The translations under genes and the position numbers were made by a program. A stretch of 47,501 nt of DNA from Neophaeotheca triangularis (taxonomy: Eukaryota). The notes under the pieces are model-generated. The model saw only the letters and a program-made list of their open reading frames with translations, was not told the DNA's origin and did not search any database. This document shows positions 45,083 through 47,501 of the stretch, piece by piece; positions within the stretch are counted from its first letter, which is position 1, and each line of letters starts with the position of its first letter. The DNA is taken from the NCBI GenBank assembly GCA_054600435.1, contig BAAIJX010000096.1, forward strand, positions 1 to 47,501, in the 5' to 3' direction.

Positions 45083-46234
45083 ATGCCCGAAACAGACGAC
45101 ATCAGCGTTCCCACGACGCTAAACCAACAGCAACGCGACGAGAAATTAGACGAACAGATGGAAGAGAAAGAGACGAACGAACCAACGACCAAATCTCCCA
45201 ACCCCTCGCCCCCCGACGACGACCAAGACTCTCCCCCTCCCGCCCTTGAACTGACCATTCTCCTCCACAACAAGCCCATAACCCTCCCCTTCCATTCCAC
45301 AACCGCCACAATTCAAGACCTCTCAGAAACCGTCTCGACTCTCCTCCAAATCCCCCCATCCAACCAAAAATTCCTCATAACCCCCAAAACCGGCCTACTC
45401 AAACCCCCCTTCCCCAACCCCTCCCTCCCCCTCTCCGACCTCACAACCAAAAAGATCCTCCTCCTCGGCACCACAACAACCGAACTCAGCAACCTCGAAA
45501 CGGCGCTCGAATCGCGACGCCTCCAAATCCAAGCGCGCCAAAAATCCCTCTCCGCCGGCCGCAAAACCACCGCCTACAAATCCGTCGACTCGGCCAAGAC
45601 CCAAGCCGAAGCCCGCTACACTTTCCACTCGATAAAACCGCTCCCCTACCTCCCCAACCCGGCCCGCTCCAAACAGTACCTCGAAACCCTCGCCAGCGAC
45701 CCGGGCATCAAAGCCGCAATGCGCAAACACCAATTCTCCGTCGGCCTGCTGACGGAAATGGACCCGGTCATGCACACGACGCACGAGTCCAAGACTCTCG
45801 GGCTGAATAGAAACCGCGGCGAGGTTATCGAGTTGAGATTGCGTACGGATGGTGGCGATGGGTATAGGGATTATAAGGTTATTCGCAAGACGCTGTGTCA
45901 TGAGCTCGCGCATAATGTTCATGGGGAGCATGATAGGAAGTTTTGGGATTTGATGAAGGTTATTGAGACGGAGGTTGAGAGGGGGGATTGGACGAGAGGG
46001 GGAAGGAGTGTGGGTGGGCAGGGGGCCGAGTTTTATAATCCGGGGGATGAGGGGGTCGGGGAGGGGGAGTTTGAGGATGAGGGTGGATGGGTGGGCGGGG
46101 AGTATGTGCTTGGTGGGGGTGGGAGTGCAGGGGAGGGGTTGAGTCGGAGGGACGTTATTGCTAGGGCTGCTGAGGAGAGGGTCAAGAGGCAGAGAGAGGC
46201 GGGGGGCAAGCAGGGGGAGGGCGCGGCTGAGTGA
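45083..46234 (+). CDS. Ubiquitin-like + WLM domain metalloprotease (Wss1 family, UBL-WLM type)
   Basis: UBL-like TIQDLSETVS..LQIPPSNQKFLI; WLM motifs VGLLTEMDP, LGLNRNRGEVIELRLRTD and TLCHELAHNVHGEHD; AAEER VIM-like tail. Confidence 0.92.
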   Translation: MPETDDISVPTTLNQQQRDEKLDEQMEEKETNEPTTKSPNPSPPDDDQDSPPPALELTILLHNKPITLPFHSTTATIQDLSETVSTLLQIPPSNQKFLITPKTGLLKPPFPNPSLPLSDLTTKKILLLGTTTTELSNLETALESRRLQIQARQKSLSAGRKTTAYKSVDSAKTQAEARYTFHSIKPLPYLPNPARSKQYLETLASDPGIKAAMRKHQFSVGLLTEMDPVMHTTHESKTLGLNRNRGEVIELRLRTDGGDGYRDYKVIRKTLCHELAHNVHGEHDRKFWDLMKVIETEVERGDWTRGGRSVGGQGAEFYNPGDEGVGEGEFEDEGGWVGGEYVLGGGGSAGEGLSRRDVIARAAEERVKRQREAGGKQGEGAAE

Positions 46235-47439
46235 GTTGGCTGGCTTGTGATGTGTGTTAGGTCCAAGCTGCCATGGCCGATTTTACGACATCTTCTCTCG
46301 CACTTTCTTGCGGGCGTAGTCGAATAGTCGCAGTTTCTCTCAAGACGAGACTTGCCTTTGTCAACCCTGCCGCTCCAGGCGATTGCACTACATCCGACTT
46401 CGACACGCTCCAGCCTCAACCCCGATCCACCCGCAACCACAGCATCCCGGCAATCTCTTCCATTGCCCAAGCGACCAACACCCCCTCCCCCCGGCAATCC
46501 CCCTAACCCTACCGTCCGTAACCTTCCACAACCGACGAAGCTAGACCAAGAAGTCCCAGTTCTCGCATAGCTCAAACCCGATCAAGCTGTCCCCGGTAGC
46601 AATGCAAAGACGAGAGTCGCATTTATCGGGCAGAGCGAGAGCGAGTCCACGACCGCTTCGGGACAAGGGTGCGGTCAAAAACATCGATAAAGACGGACGG
46701 GCAGGGTAACGGTGCCCTTGGCGGGTTGGGGCTTGAGGAGTAAAGTAAAGCTCTTGCCCTAGCTATCTAGTCTTGCGGATTGCTAGCTGGAGAGGGGGAG
46801 GTAAGGGGGAGTGGGTGTTTTGGTGGGAGAAATGGGTTGACACAAACACTAAGCGGGCTTGTGGTAAGAGCGTGCAGCGTGCAGCGTGCAGCGTGCTCTG
46901 CTCCGCTCTTCCCGGATTCGACCTGGTGGGAAGTGGAAACGGAGCTCACTGACTCTGTCTGTTCTGGCGAGCGACTGGGGTGGAGGGGACTTGATTATCA
47001 TTAGACGGGGGACTCGGAGGGAGGGAGGGGGAGATGGATAAGCGGCGGTGAGAAGGAGAACGCTAAGGTTCCTTCTAGGCTTGTCTTGTCTACAGTACCT
47101 ACCTACCTACCTTTCTTGCTCTGAACCAAAGCCGTCTCCCTCGAGTAAGATACATCAACGGCAAGAGTAAAACCACCTTTCGTCACCCCAGCCGACTGAT
47201 CCCTCTTCCCCGCGACCACGCTCGCGAACGTGAGTTGAGCACCCAACACTACATTCAAAACAAATCGAGGCTTCGTTCGCCATGCGTGTCTTCCGCCCTA
47301 TCATTGCCACCGCCATTGCAATTGCCATTGCCACCGCCACCGCCCTCCCGTCACTCCCACTCTTTCGCCCACGATGCCTTTGATCAGCAAAACCCGCAGC
47401 TCGCAATCCGCAGACAAATCCAGCAAGCAGATCAACCAG

Positions 47440-47458
47440 CAAGCAAGCAAGCAAGCAA
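47440..47458. repeat. (GCAA)n microsatellite
   Basis: caagcaagcaagcaagcaa read directly. Confidence 0.85.
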
Positions 47459-47501
47459 CTTATAAAGTAAACAGTACAAACCACCACCAGAAACCCCCCC
47501 C

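Noticed and set aside
46936..46950. RNase MRP CR-V-like motif AAACGGAGCTCAC
   Set aside because: No complementary CR-I (GAAAGTCTCC) upstream; the bases pair locally instead.

Overview
Eukaryotic (filamentous ascomycete, probably Dothideomycete-like; inferred from GT-AG introns with CTAAC/CTGAC branch sites and from gene content) genomic DNA. Bases 1-~5365 form an accessory-looking block packed with unrelated tandem repeats (24, 60, 33, 30, ~43, 50 and ~42/79 bp units) and two divergent orphan ORFs; it abuts a diverged 63-bp tandem duplication spanning the stop codon of an Atg37/ACBP gene. Next comes a partly decaying metabolic neighbourhood: a dialkylglycine-decarboxylase-like pseudogene, a peroxisomal alpha/beta hydrolase, an NmrA-like gene with one in-frame TAG, and an intact divergent lamA/lamB pair. 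The rest is core genes: Pho80/PREG cyclin, ARMC8/Vid28, an SDR, a DCAF4-like WD protein, a coiled-coil orphan, a MARVEL protein (GC-AG intron), SelO/Fmp40, a secreted alkaline phosphatase with five upstream CACGTG boxes, ORC5, TAD3 and a UBL-WLM protease. The most striking unexplained signals are an abrupt C-rich to G-rich switch near the 3' end of most mRNAs, two hairpin-dense intergenic segments (12.4-13.0 kb and 46.3-47.0 kb) and the repeat-rich left block. All calls were made by eye; no database searches or folding programs were run.
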